This document shows positions 20,263-29,725 of a DNA stretch of 64,000 bases, one piece after another. The notes beneath the pieces are model-generated. The model was given only the letters and a program-made list of their open reading frames with translations. It was not told where the DNA came from and did not search any database. The DNA is taken from assembly GCA_049513715.1 (NCBI GenBank), contig JBEKVV010000003.1, positions 128,001 to 192,000 on the forward strand. The letters are read 5' to 3'. Position 1 is the stretch's first letter. Each line of letters opens with the position of its first letter. Origin of the DNA: Candidatus Bathyarchaeia archaeon (GTDB lineage Archaea > Thermoproteota > Bathyarchaeia > 40CM-2-53-6). The position numbers were made by a program, and so were the translations under genes.

Positions 20263-20760
20263 TCAAGGTTCTCCCGCGTACTCCCCTTTCTTGACGACAC
20301 TTTCAGAGCCACCGATGAATATGACAATAGTATTAGAGAGTTTGTTGAACAGGCGTTGCCTTCTTTCATGGCAGGGTTTCCAAAGCCACCCAACCAGACA
20401 GTCAAGGGGAACGAGGAGGGATTTGCCGATGCTCTGAATCGCAGACGCCTTCAGGCTCACACTTCCGCCTTGGAGATTAGCCAGTCTCACGTTGAGTAGA
20501 AGTTGACCGATGGATCTTCCAAAGTACCATTCCGAGAGCGTCCAGTAAAGGAAGAAAATCAGAATGGAGAGAGGGGACCAAATCGATATGTCGAAACCTG
20601 GCAGCCGCGGAAGCAATATTGCTGGAAGAAGTTGTGTTTCTAGGTCCTCGAGCCTGAAATACGCCAGCATTATGTTGATGATCAGGTAATCGATGAACCA
20701 TGCGATGATTCGGCGACCCCAATTCGCAAGGACGATCTTGTTCGGCGCGGTTTTCTTCAT
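20263..20760 (-). CDS. RDD family membrane protein
   Basis: RRIIAWFIDY...GRSIG...RQRLF. Confidence 0.85.
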   Translation of the reverse strand: MKKTAPNKIVLANWGRRIIAWFIDYLIINIMLAYFRLEDLETQLLPAILLPRLPGFDISIWSPLSILIFFLYWTLSEWYFGRSIGQLLLNVRLANLQGGSVSLKASAIQSIGKSLLVPLDCLVGWLWKPCHERRQRLFNKLSNTIVIFIGGSESVVKKGEYAGEP

Positions 20761-20885
20761 TTCTGAATCAACCGTGTAACCCAGCTCGTCCTAACGTTAC
20801 ATTTCGCAACCACTGTAGAATAGCACGTAAGAATCGAATCGAACACGTCGCTAGATTCTGATTGCTACAGCTAACATTCCCGCGT

Positions 20886-21956
20886 TCATTTTCTGCTACG
20901 AGCGGGACGACCGCCCATGGTCATAGCCATCACGGCCTTTTGCACGTGCAATCTGTCCTCTGCCTGTTCGAAGTACAAGGAGTAATCCGCGTTGTCTATC
21001 ACGTCGTCCGTAACTTCTTGGCCTCGGTCTGCGGGGCCGCAATGCATGTACTTGCCTTTGCTGGTCAAGTCCATCATTTCTTGCGTGCAAATCCAGTCTT
21101 TGAATTTGTCCTGGTACGTGGTAGCGCCGGTCTTGTCGAGTTCTGCGCTGTGCGGGGGGAAGTAGTTCTTCGGAGACCACGCTTTCGGGTAGACTACGTC
21201 TGCCCCTTCAAAGGCCTCTTTCATATCGTTGACGACGCGGAATCCTCCACCGTATTTGTCCGCGTTCGCTTTCGCTGCGTCGAGCACAACATCTTCAAGT
21301 TCAAACCCCTGAGGGTGCGCGAGAACAACATCCATTCCCAAATGAGTCCCAATCAGGACCTCGCTTTGGGGAACGGCGAGTGGTTTGAGGCCCCCTGAGT
21401 ATGCGTACGAAACGACAAGTTTCTTTCCAGCCAGCTTTGGTATCGCGGCCCTCATGGCCTGGGCATCGGCTAGGGCTTGGAATGGATGGTACATGTCATC
21501 CTCCATGTTTAGGACCGGAATGGTGGCGTGCTTTGCGAACTCTTTGACGACCTTGTGGCCTCTGCCAATGTTCCATTTGGCAGCGTCGCCGTAGATCCTG
21601 ATTGCAATAGCATCACCGTACCGACTTAGCACTCTGCTTACGTCGGATATGGCTTCAGTCTGGTATGCCACCATATCTTCTGGGAGGGCCGGAGTGTAGA
21701 CGTCTTGTGGGCTGAGAAAGTGCGCATGGCCCCCGAGCTGGTACATGCCAGCTTCGAACGAGTTGCGCGTCCTCAGCGACCGGTTGTAAAAGAACATGAA
21801 CAGAGTCTTACCAGGAAGGTAATGGTGCGGTTTACGCGCCCGGAACATTTTCCTTAAGACGTCAGCCGCGTTCAGAACCTTCTTGATCTCCTCTTGCGAG
21901 AAATCGTTTGTATCTAGGAAATGCTTTCCTTTCAGATCGCCAACGAATGATGCCAA
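20886..21956 (-). CDS. carbamoyltransferase, AOTCase/YgeW-like
   Basis: SLRTR, HPFQ, YAYSGGLKPLAVPQS, HCGP. Confidence 0.85.
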   Translation of the reverse strand: MASFVGDLKGKHFLDTNDFSQEEIKKVLNAADVLRKMFRARKPHHYLPGKTLFMFFYNRSLRTRNSFEAGMYQLGGHAHFLSPQDVYTPALPEDMVAYQTEAISDVSRVLSRYGDAIAIRIYGDAAKWNIGRGHKVVKEFAKHATIPVLNMEDDMYHPFQALADAQAMRAAIPKLAGKKLVVSYAYSGGLKPLAVPQSEVLIGTHLGMDVVLAHPQGFELEDVVLDAAKANADKYGGGFRVVNDMKEAFEGADVVYPKAWSPKNYFPPHSAELDKTGATTYQDKFKDWICTQEMMDLTSKGKYMHCGPADRGQEVTDDVIDNADYSLYFEQAEDRLHVQKAVMAMTMGGRPARSRK

Positions 21957-21992
21957 AATGAATCCCTCGGTTTGTCACGGTCACTATTCGAA

Positions 21993-22955
21993 TTAAGCTT
22001 TTAGCACCACGACGTGCGTTCCAGTTCTACCTTCTAGGGCCTCCGTGAGGCTTTCGAGTTTGGCGATTATCGCTCTCTCTCCACCGCTTTCAACGAATCT
22101 GATGGCGGCCTCGATTTTCGGTGCCATGCTGCCTTCTTTGAAATGGCCCTCTTTGAGGTAGTTCCTCAGTTTCCCGGAGGTGATTTCATGAATCATTTCT
22201 TGTTGAGGAGTTCCGTAGTTGATGTAAGCTCCATCTATGTCAGTTAGAATCACGAAAATGTTGGCTCCAATCAAAGTGGCCAAACGTTGCCCTCCCAAGT
22301 CTTTGTCAATGACTGCTTCTACGCCGACAGCGAGGTCGTTCTCTTCTATTATTGGGATTCCTCCGCCACCGGTTGATATAACTACGAACCCGGCATCGAC
22401 GAGTGCCTTGATTGCCGATCGCTCTGCGATGACTTTAGGGTCGGGTGATGGGACTACTCGCCGGTAACCGCGGCCGGCATCCTCCTTGATAACCAAGTTC
22501 GGTTTTTCTTGCCTCAGCTTGGCAGCTTCATCTTTCGAGTAGAATGGGCCAATTGGTTTTGTTGGGTTCTGGAACGCAGAGTCATGTTTGTCGACAATGA
22601 CTCGCGTTACTACAGCCACAACATATTTGTCGATTCCGCGGGTTTTTAATTCGTTCCTCAGCGCCTGCTCAATCATATAGCCAATGAACCCTTGTGTCTC
22701 TGCCCCGCAAGCATCCAGAGGAAAGGCTGGCACTATTGCTTTTGCTGCTTCATGCCTGAGAAGCGTTGCGCCGACCTGCGGCCCATTGCCATGAGTTAGG
22801 ACTACTTTGTAGCCCTGCTCGATTAGGTCAGCAATCTTTGGGACAGTACCCTTTGTGTTTTGGTATTGTTCCTCGAACGTGCCCTTCTGACCACGTTGAA
22901 GGAGTGCGTTGCCGCCCAGTGCGATTACGACGAGCTTCTCTGCCAACTCTCTCAC
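21993..22955 (-). CDS. arcC: carbamate kinase
   Basis: ALGGNA, THGNGPQVG, PTKPIGP, RRVVPSP, EAVIDKD, GSMAPK. Confidence 0.95.
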   Translation of the reverse strand: MRELAEKLVVIALGGNALLQRGQKGTFEEQYQNTKGTVPKIADLIEQGYKVVLTHGNGPQVGATLLRHEAAKAIVPAFPLDACGAETQGFIGYMIEQALRNELKTRGIDKYVVAVVTRVIVDKHDSAFQNPTKPIGPFYSKDEAAKLRQEKPNLVIKEDAGRGYRRVVPSPDPKVIAERSAIKALVDAGFVVISTGGGGIPIIEENDLAVGVEAVIDKDLGGQRLATLIGANIFVILTDIDGAYINYGTPQQEMIHEITSGKLRNYLKEGHFKEGSMAPKIEAAIRFVESGGERAIIAKLESLTEALEGRTGTHVVVLKA

Positions 22956-23076
22956 ACCAATAACTCGAAGTGCAGACAGTTGCCAGTTCTAGGCCTTATG
23001 AACTTGTCACATTTAGATTAGCAACGCCTATTTACAACATAAAATCGTCCAACAGGAAAGACTGGAGCTCAACTGA

Positions 23077-24090
23077 TTGCCCAAAGCTGACTTGTCAGGA
23101 AAGGATCTGATCACCACACAAGACTGGTCGATCGAAGAACTCGACGCCACCCTCAAAATGGCGCGAAAGCTGAAGGCCGATTATCACCGAGGACGAGTTC
23201 CACACCTTCTCAGTGACAAGACGTTCTTCATGCTCTTCTACGCCCCTTCAACAAGAACACGGGCTGCCTTTGAGGCCGGTATGACATACCTTGGGGGGCA
23301 TGCCCAGTACATTGATGTCTCAACAACTCGTCTAGGATCCGGGGAGGCTGCGAAGGATGTTGCGAAAATGTACGAGAAATATGGACACGGCCTAGGCGTC
23401 CGAATTCTGGATTCAGCAATCGATTACGTTTACGGTGCAGGCATCTCCGTTGTGCGGGAGTACGCGGCGCACTCCGAAATTCCTGTCATAAACATGGCCT
23501 GCTGCACATACCACCCTACCCAAGGCCTGGCCGACCTGATGACGACTCAAGAAGCCTTGGGGAGAGTGAAGGGAAAGAAGTACGTGATAATGTGGGGGTA
23601 CTCTACGAGCTTCCGCGGCCGGTGCAGCATACAAGAAGAAGCCCTTATCCTCCCACGCTACGGGATGCATGTGGTTCTTGCACATCCACCAGGTTTCGAG
23701 ATCGATCCCAAGATTGTTGAGGTTGCGAAGTCGAACGCCAAAGCAGCGGGGTCCGAATTTGAAATCACAAATGACCTCGACTCAGCCCTTGAAGGAGCGC
23801 ACGCGGTGTTCCCGAGAAACTGGGCATCCAACGAGTTGCTGAGGGTTGGTGCAAGGAAGTTTGGAAAAGAAAAGGAGCTCGAGTTGCACGAGAAATATCG
23901 TAACTGGACCTTAACCCAGGAGCTCTTGGACAAGACGGATGGTAAATCAGTTGTCACACACGTACTACCGGTTCTTCGGGGCGAAGAAGCAACGGACGAG
24001 GTAATGGACGGACCGCATTCAGTCATTTATCCACAAGCTGAGAACGGGATGTACACCAAAATGGCTGTGCTGGCCTTGACGATGAGCTGA
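23077..24090 (+). CDS. ornithine carbamoyltransferase-family protein, non-canonical
   Basis: STRTR, HPTQ, HVLP, QAEN. Confidence 0.85.
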   Translation: MPKADLSGKDLITTQDWSIEELDATLKMARKLKADYHRGRVPHLLSDKTFFMLFYAPSTRTRAAFEAGMTYLGGHAQYIDVSTTRLGSGEAAKDVAKMYEKYGHGLGVRILDSAIDYVYGAGISVVREYAAHSEIPVINMACCTYHPTQGLADLMTTQEALGRVKGKKYVIMWGYSTSFRGRCSIQEEALILPRYGMHVVLAHPPGFEIDPKIVEVAKSNAKAAGSEFEITNDLDSALEGAHAVFPRNWASNELLRVGARKFGKEKELELHEKYRNWTLTQELLDKTDGKSVVTHVLPVLRGEEATDEVMDGPHSVIYPQAENGMYTKMAVLALTMS

Positions 24091-24147
24091 ATCGCTTATC
24101 GCGCTTCGGTATCCTGTTGACAAGCTCTCCAGGCAACAGGTGCGTTC

Positions 24148-25620
24148 CTATGTTTCCAATCGCGAGATTCTCTTGACCTTAGCAGCGTACACGGCATTTG
24201 TTGCTGTTAACGCTGAAACTCCCATGACTAATACGCCTACGATGTAAATCCAATAAGCTAACCCACCGGTTGAAGGATCGATGAAGGCCCATAAAGAGGA
24301 ACCGAGGGTCGCGACGATAAGGCCAACGCCAGCCACCCAACCGCAGACACGTCTCAGCGTACCACTGACCGTATAGCAGTCAACGGCTAGAAGTACCAAA
24401 GCAAAAGCAGCTAGCGTAAAGATACCGAACATCGGATTGATGTTTGTGAACACGTCGTGGTTCGCAGCCATTGTTGAACCGAAAACATCCTCATGGAACT
24501 CGATGTAATACCCTTCAAATACGCTATTGATGACGGCCACTATCCATGTGCCCAGCAGAGTCAGCCTGACACTGTCCTTCCAGGACCTCCTTCCGTTGAG
24601 CTTGGCCAACGCCAAGGGAATCAGCGCGATCATGGCTCCGAGAGCCGTGATCGTCATGACCGTATCGTCACCCGCCATTCCATTCACACCGTCAGGTCCA
24701 CTCGGAAAAATCGTAGGAGGAGAAAACGCGACGACAGCTTCTAGTACGAGGACAATCGATATCGCGATTATGCCGATTGAGGTTACCCACAAGCCAAGCC
24801 TGGCCACGTTCTTGCTTAGGCCTTTCGAGTCTAGAACCTTGAAACGCTGCGCGACCAAAGCAACAACTCCCGTCATGATTGCAATCCCCATCTCATGCGA
24901 ATGAGAACCAACCAACGCACCAAGAAAAGTCTCCAAATCCCCGAACAACGGCACAAAACCTGAAAAGACGCCTGCTCCGAAAATCATTATCCAGAGATTA
25001 ACGAATCCAATCATACCTGCAACGAAAGCCGAACCTACAGACATCAACGCTAGCCAGTATGCTGCACCTGCCTTCGAATATAGTGAGAGCTCTTTTCTAT
25101 TCGGAACCATCCTGAGAACATATTGCGGCCACATCCGAGGTGGCAACGCTTTCATTTTCGGCTTGTAGGTTCCAGCTTGCTTTCGCGGCAAAATTACAAG
25201 TTGGACGAAGAGAGCCCCGCCCACGTCACCGATCAATATGAATGCTACAACAAACAACCCCAAGGGGATGTCCGTTACAGCCGCATCCAAAATGGGACTC
25301 AGGTAGAAGATGCCGCCAACAGCAGCAAAGAGAACAGCCGCGAAAGCTCTATACGCCATTGGAAAGTCAATCGGGGGTTCATACTTTTGGAGGTTGAAGA
25401 TCGAAATAACCAGATATGTTGCGAGAGCTGCGATTCCAATCCCTATCGAATGAAAATAGAGTACACCGTAATAGGTGTCCAGGCCAGCAGGGAGACCCAA
25501 GAAGACGTAAAGCCCAGCCATCACCACGATGATGAGGGTGGTCGCCGAAGTCATTGCTTTCAGCGTCAACATGTAAGTGTGAGTATAGGTAACCTCGCCT
25601 ACTTCCTCAACAGCCGTCAT
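24148..25620 (-). CDS. polytopic membrane protein of unknown function
   Basis: 490 aa, about 11-12 hydrophobic segments, His in or near TM helices. Confidence 0.8.
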   Translation of the reverse strand: MTAVEEVGEVTYTHTYMLTLKAMTSATTLIIVVMAGLYVFLGLPAGLDTYYGVLYFHSIGIGIAALATYLVISIFNLQKYEPPIDFPMAYRAFAAVLFAAVGGIFYLSPILDAAVTDIPLGLFVVAFILIGDVGGALFVQLVILPRKQAGTYKPKMKALPPRMWPQYVLRMVPNRKELSLYSKAGAAYWLALMSVGSAFVAGMIGFVNLWIMIFGAGVFSGFVPLFGDLETFLGALVGSHSHEMGIAIMTGVVALVAQRFKVLDSKGLSKNVARLGLWVTSIGIIAISIVLVLEAVVAFSPPTIFPSGPDGVNGMAGDDTVMTITALGAMIALIPLALAKLNGRRSWKDSVRLTLLGTWIVAVINSVFEGYYIEFHEDVFGSTMAANHDVFTNINPMFGIFTLAAFALVLLAVDCYTVSGTLRRVCGWVAGVGLIVATLGSSLWAFIDPSTGGLAYWIYIVGVLVMGVSALTATNAVYAAKVKRISRLET

Positions 25621-25917
25621 TCAGAATCACGAATTCGCTACGATTTGTAATGACTTAACATGTTCGATTATAGAATATAGATTATTCACAACCGCCAAGG
25701 AATAATGTAATGTCCTCTCACGAAGGGGTGACATCCCACCGGCCGTGGCTGACGCAATAGTCTACTCTACCGCCGGAGCCTACTCAGCTCGATTGATCAC
25801 AAGCGACAAGAACTTGAAACAACTTCCGAGCGTGTAATTCAGTGAGTGCCATCCAGGAATGCCATGCAGAATAACACCGACAGTTGTTCCTCTCAATTGA
25901 ACCCACGATATTGGGGA

Positions 25918-25938
25918 GTTCAAATCCCACCCCCGGCG
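25918..25938 (+). repeat. tRNA 3'-end remnant (Ser-like), att scar
   Basis: GTTCAAATCCCACCCCCGGCG = T loop, T stem 3' strand, acceptor strand CCCCGGC and G discriminator. Confidence 0.55.
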
Positions 25939-25941
25939 CTT

Positions 25942-26367
25942 TCAGCTCCTCACCTTAAGTTTGATACTTTTTCCGTCGACTGAAACCTCGTAGCTTCGCT
26001 GATCGTACGTCTTGATCTCCGCCAGAATCTTCGCTGAATGTTCGATCAGTTTTAGGAAAGATTGAGGGAGTTTGTCCATGTCCGGGACGCTCCCGCCGAG
26101 TCTTGGTTCTGACTGCTTTTTTCCAGTGGTCACGTCGAACTGTGCACCATGCAGTGGACACGTGACAATGTTTCCTCTGAGGCCGCCACTAGAGAGCCGG
26201 GCGCTCGTGTGGCCGCATCTGTCATCGATCGCGTAGAACTTTCCGTCAACGTTCGCGATGGCAATTTCCCCGTCGTTCACCTCAACATGTTTCATTGTGC
26301 CTACGGGAATTTCATCAACATTGGCAACTTCTAGCCAACCCGAGGAGTCTGATTCATGCATTGTCAA
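25942..26367 (-). CDS. Rieske-type ferredoxin
   Basis: CGH...CPLHGAQFD. Confidence 0.9.
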   Translation of the reverse strand: MTMHESDSSGWLEVANVDEIPVGTMKHVEVNDGEIAIANVDGKFYAIDDRCGHTSARLSSGGLRGNIVTCPLHGAQFDVTTGKKQSEPRLGGSVPDMDKLPQSFLKLIEHSAKILAEIKTYDQRSYEVSVDGKSIKLKVRS

Positions 26368-26445
26368 TTTCTATCACGCCCCCTGACAAGAGCAGTTAGC
26401 TATATATACTTGGTAGTAAATGCCAACTAACTAGGTAACTAGCAC

Positions 26446-26832
26446 TTGACTAAGTCACCTCAATGCAGCGAGGCAGACTCTGATGTCCATGCTGCGTGGA
26501 ATGATCTTCTGAAGGCTTGGACTTTGCCGGTGATTCATGCGTTGGGACTTGGAGACCCCGCTAGGTTTAACGAGCTAAAGAAAAGGCTCGGGGCGATAAG
26601 CGCCACAAGCCTGACGGAACGACTGAAGGAGCTTGAACAGCGAGGAATAGTACAGAGAAGAGTGTACCCGGAATCTCCTCCAAGAGTCGAGTATTCACTT
26701 ACCAAGAAAGGGCGGGAGTTGCATGTGCTTCTACTCCAACTCGCCGCCTGGGTGCTTAGATGGAACAAGAAACCTGCCATAATCAGTGAATCAATAAAGC
26801 ATCAAAAAACCCCATTGCTGCAATCAAGCTGA
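26446..26832 (+). CDS. HxlR family transcriptional regulator
   Basis: RFNELK, LTERLKELE, PPRVEYSLT; divergent from the ferredoxin. Confidence 0.92.
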   Translation: MTKSPQCSEADSDVHAAWNDLLKAWTLPVIHALGLGDPARFNELKKRLGAISATSLTERLKELEQRGIVQRRVYPESPPRVEYSLTKKGRELHVLLLQLAAWVLRWNKKPAIISESIKHQKTPLLQSS

Positions 26833-27059
26833 CCGCATCTAACCTGACAACATAGACGCCTGCGATTCTTTGTGCAGGTCTGGTGCTGCGCACACGCATA
26901 AGAAAACTTCTCTCCAAACTATTTCGACCGACAAAGCGAGGATGAGGGAACTCAGCTAGCTTCTCTCAAGTTCACCATAAACCAATGTGCTGGGCACTTT
27001 GTTATGGCGGTTAAGGTCTCGACCCGATCTCAATGTACCCACTAACACGTGGGTTCGAG

Positions 27060-27677
27060 CTAGGAGTGCAAGTTTCTAGTTCCGTTTCTTGTCTTGTAGA
27101 AAGCGTGTACTGCGTCAGCAACTTGAACAGGCAATGCGCTCGTGAGTCTTCCGAGGGTTCTGATGATGTCTTGATATTGCAGAGCCTCAGCTACAGTAAA
27201 ACCTCCTCCACTGTATGGTTTAGGCGGTAGATCAAACCCGAGAACTCCTAGAGCATGCCATGAAGTATTGTCGAGAATTCCGTAAGTTTCTGGCCAGGTC
27301 AACGTTAGCACTGCGCATGCGAGGACAGGGCCAAATCCTGGTATTCTGCACAATGCGCCGACGCGGTCTTCATTATCGGGCTGCATCAAGGCGATGCCTA
27401 GTTGCTTCTCTATTTCAACTGAGCCCTGTTCGATTCTTCTCCGCAACGGTTGAAGCTTCTTCCATCGTATGATGGAATTCACATCAGTCTTGGTCCAGAA
27501 CCTCTTGCCTTCTTTTACTTGAGTTCCGACCTTGAAGAGATGCTCACTCAATGAAGTACGTTCGACTGCCTCAAGCTCTCTATATAGGCAGACTAATGCG
27601 TCGAAGTCTCGGACAAAATCAACTAAAACTGGGCCATAACTCCCTAGATCAATTCCAGATACTTGCGGCGGTTCCAC
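27060..27677 (-). CDS. hypothetical protein with helix-hairpin-helix-like motif
   Basis: LCRIPGFGPVLACAVL...YGILD. Confidence 0.7.
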   Translation of the reverse strand: MEPPQVSGIDLGSYGPVLVDFVRDFDALVCLYRELEAVERTSLSEHLFKVGTQVKEGKRFWTKTDVNSIIRWKKLQPLRRRIEQGSVEIEKQLGIALMQPDNEDRVGALCRIPGFGPVLACAVLTLTWPETYGILDNTSWHALGVLGFDLPPKPYSGGGFTVAEALQYQDIIRTLGRLTSALPVQVADAVHAFYKTRNGTRNLHS

Positions 27678-27694
27678 GCTCTGTCACTCCTAGC

Positions 27695-28906
27695 TCAACG
27701 TTTCATAGCTTTTTCGAACAATGGTATGGCGGCAGTCATGGTTAGGAACGTGTAAACTATGAGGATGAGCAGGTCAGGCGTGATGACGGCTAAGCTCGCG
27801 TTGAGGATTATCACCTTGCGAAGGGCATCTGCTGCGTAGTAAAGTGGTAAAGCTTTTCCTATCAGTTGCAGCCATCCCGGGAGTTGGTCGATTGGGAATA
27901 GAATTCCGCTGATGAACATCATCGGAAATTGGAGAATCATTGTCATCATTTGGGCGGTTTCTTGGTCGGGAGCTATAGCAGTCATGATTATGCCTACGCC
28001 AACGAAACTTGCTGTTCCGAGCAACAAAACGACGCACATGATGATTGGGCTGCCGTATATCTGCACGCCGAAAAGCAGCATGGATAGTCCAAGGATGAGG
28101 AAGCCTTGAATTAGTCCGCGTACGGTTTGCGCACCCACTTTGCCAAGTATTATTGATATGTGAGGAATGGGTGAAGCAAGTAAACCGTCCATTGTTCCTT
28201 GTTCTTTTTCGCGGGATATTGCGGTTGCGACTCCTTGGAGGGAGCCAGTGATTACAGTCAGTGCCATGAAACCTGGTGCTAGGAATTGGAACGAGGATGA
28301 GACGCCGCTGATGAGAGGTATGTTGGTGACGGAGATGGGTTGCATGATGAATGTAGGGTTGATTTTGCCGTCGCTCATGTTGTTGATGTTTTGCGTGGAC
28401 ATGCTTGACCCAATAATGTTGAAGACGGCTGAGATTTCGGATTGAACGACGGAGGCGGTTGTCGGGTTCGTTTCGTCGACGGTCACTTGGACGGTTGCGG
28501 GCTGTCCTGCGGCTAGGGCGTCGCTGAAGCCTTGCGGTATGACTATGATGCCTTTGAGGTTTCCTTCCACAAGTTGGTTGCGGGCTGTCTGGTAGCTGGC
28601 GCTATCAGAAATCTTGAAGAGACGTTGCTGTGTGGAGATTTGAATGAATTGGGCGGCAATTAGGCTAGCCGTCTGACCATCATCCATCTGTACTAATGAT
28701 ACTGGGAGGTTGGGGAATGCGGTGCCTATGCTGCCTGTGGTTGGATTTGATTTTGGTACTGGCGGATAAATGTTGCCGAACATGCCCATCAATAGGAGGG
28801 GAAATAGAATGAAGAAGAACAGCAACATTTTGGACCGCCACAAGTCCAGAAGGTCGCGCTTCGCTATTCCAAGCGCGATTGGTATCAGCTTAGGTCGGCC
28901 TCGCAT
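27695..28906 (-). CDS. ABC-2 type exporter permease
   Basis: REKEQGT, SGILFP, LPLYYA. Confidence 0.92.
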   Translation of the reverse strand: MRGRPKLIPIALGIAKRDLLDLWRSKMLLFFFILFPLLLMGMFGNIYPPVPKSNPTTGSIGTAFPNLPVSLVQMDDGQTASLIAAQFIQISTQQRLFKISDSASYQTARNQLVEGNLKGIIVIPQGFSDALAAGQPATVQVTVDETNPTTASVVQSEISAVFNIIGSSMSTQNINNMSDGKINPTFIMQPISVTNIPLISGVSSSFQFLAPGFMALTVITGSLQGVATAISREKEQGTMDGLLASPIPHISIILGKVGAQTVRGLIQGFLILGLSMLLFGVQIYGSPIIMCVVLLLGTASFVGVGIIMTAIAPDQETAQMMTMILQFPMMFISGILFPIDQLPGWLQLIGKALPLYYAADALRKVIILNASLAVITPDLLILIVYTFLTMTAAIPLFEKAMKR

Positions 28907-28909
28907 TGT

Positions 28910-29725
28910 TTACGCCCTCCCCATTGGAGACCTGAGTGCAATGCGTGCGGTCGCTGAATCTCTTAGCTCACGTCCGGTAAGAGTTAGAAAGACGTCAAGC
29001 AAGCTTTCTGAAGTGTATTTGGTCTTAAGTGCTTGAGGTGAATCAACCGCCATAATTTTACCATTGTCGATGATGCAGACACGGTCGGAAAGTTCGTCAG
29101 CCTCTTCCATTATGTGCGTTGTAAGGAGAATTGTGTGCCCGCGTTGTCTCAAGTCCTTAACCAAATCCCTGACGAAACGTGTGCTCTGCGGGTCCAGTGC
29201 GGTCGTAGGTTCATCCAAAAACAGTATGTCTGGATCGTGTAGGATTGCACGTATCACGTTCACCCTCTGCCTCATACCACTTGAGAAACCTCCCACAAGC
29301 TTGTCCTTGAACGGCGTTAGCTTAACCATTTCAAGCAGCTCCTCCGACTTGCGCCGAAGTTCGCTCTTCTCCATCCCGTACAGGCTACCGAAAAATTCCA
29401 GGTTTTCCAGCGCAGTCAAACGAGGATACATAATCATCTTCTCGGAAACTAACCCAATCCTTTCTCTAACTTCGTTCGCTTGGTGAACCACATCGAAGCC
29501 TGCAATGCTAGCTGTCCCTTCAGATGGAGTGAGAAGTGTGCAGAGCATTCGGATGATTGTGCTCTTACCAGCACCGTTTGGCCCCAAGAGACCGTAGATT
29601 TCTCCAGTTTGAATGCTGAGGTCAACGTGGTCGACCGCAGTGAAATTGTTGAATCGTTTTGTTAGACGATGCGTCTCAATTGCTTGGTCTGACAACGAAG
29701 AGACTGACATTTCTTCATCACTCAT
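28910..29725 (-). CDS. ABC exporter ATP-binding protein (DrrA-like)
   Basis: GPNGAGKS, FSSGM, LDEP, TTH. Confidence 0.95.
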   Translation of the reverse strand: MSDEEMSVSSLSDQAIETHRLTKRFNNFTAVDHVDLSIQTGEIYGLLGPNGAGKSTIIRMLCTLLTPSEGTASIAGFDVVHQANEVRERIGLVSEKMIMYPRLTALENLEFFGSLYGMEKSELRRKSEELLEMVKLTPFKDKLVGGFSSGMRQRVNVIRAILHDPDILFLDEPTTALDPQSTRFVRDLVKDLRQRGHTILLTTHIMEEADELSDRVCIIDNGKIMAVDSPQALKTKYTSESLLDVFLTLTGRELRDSATARIALRSPMGRA

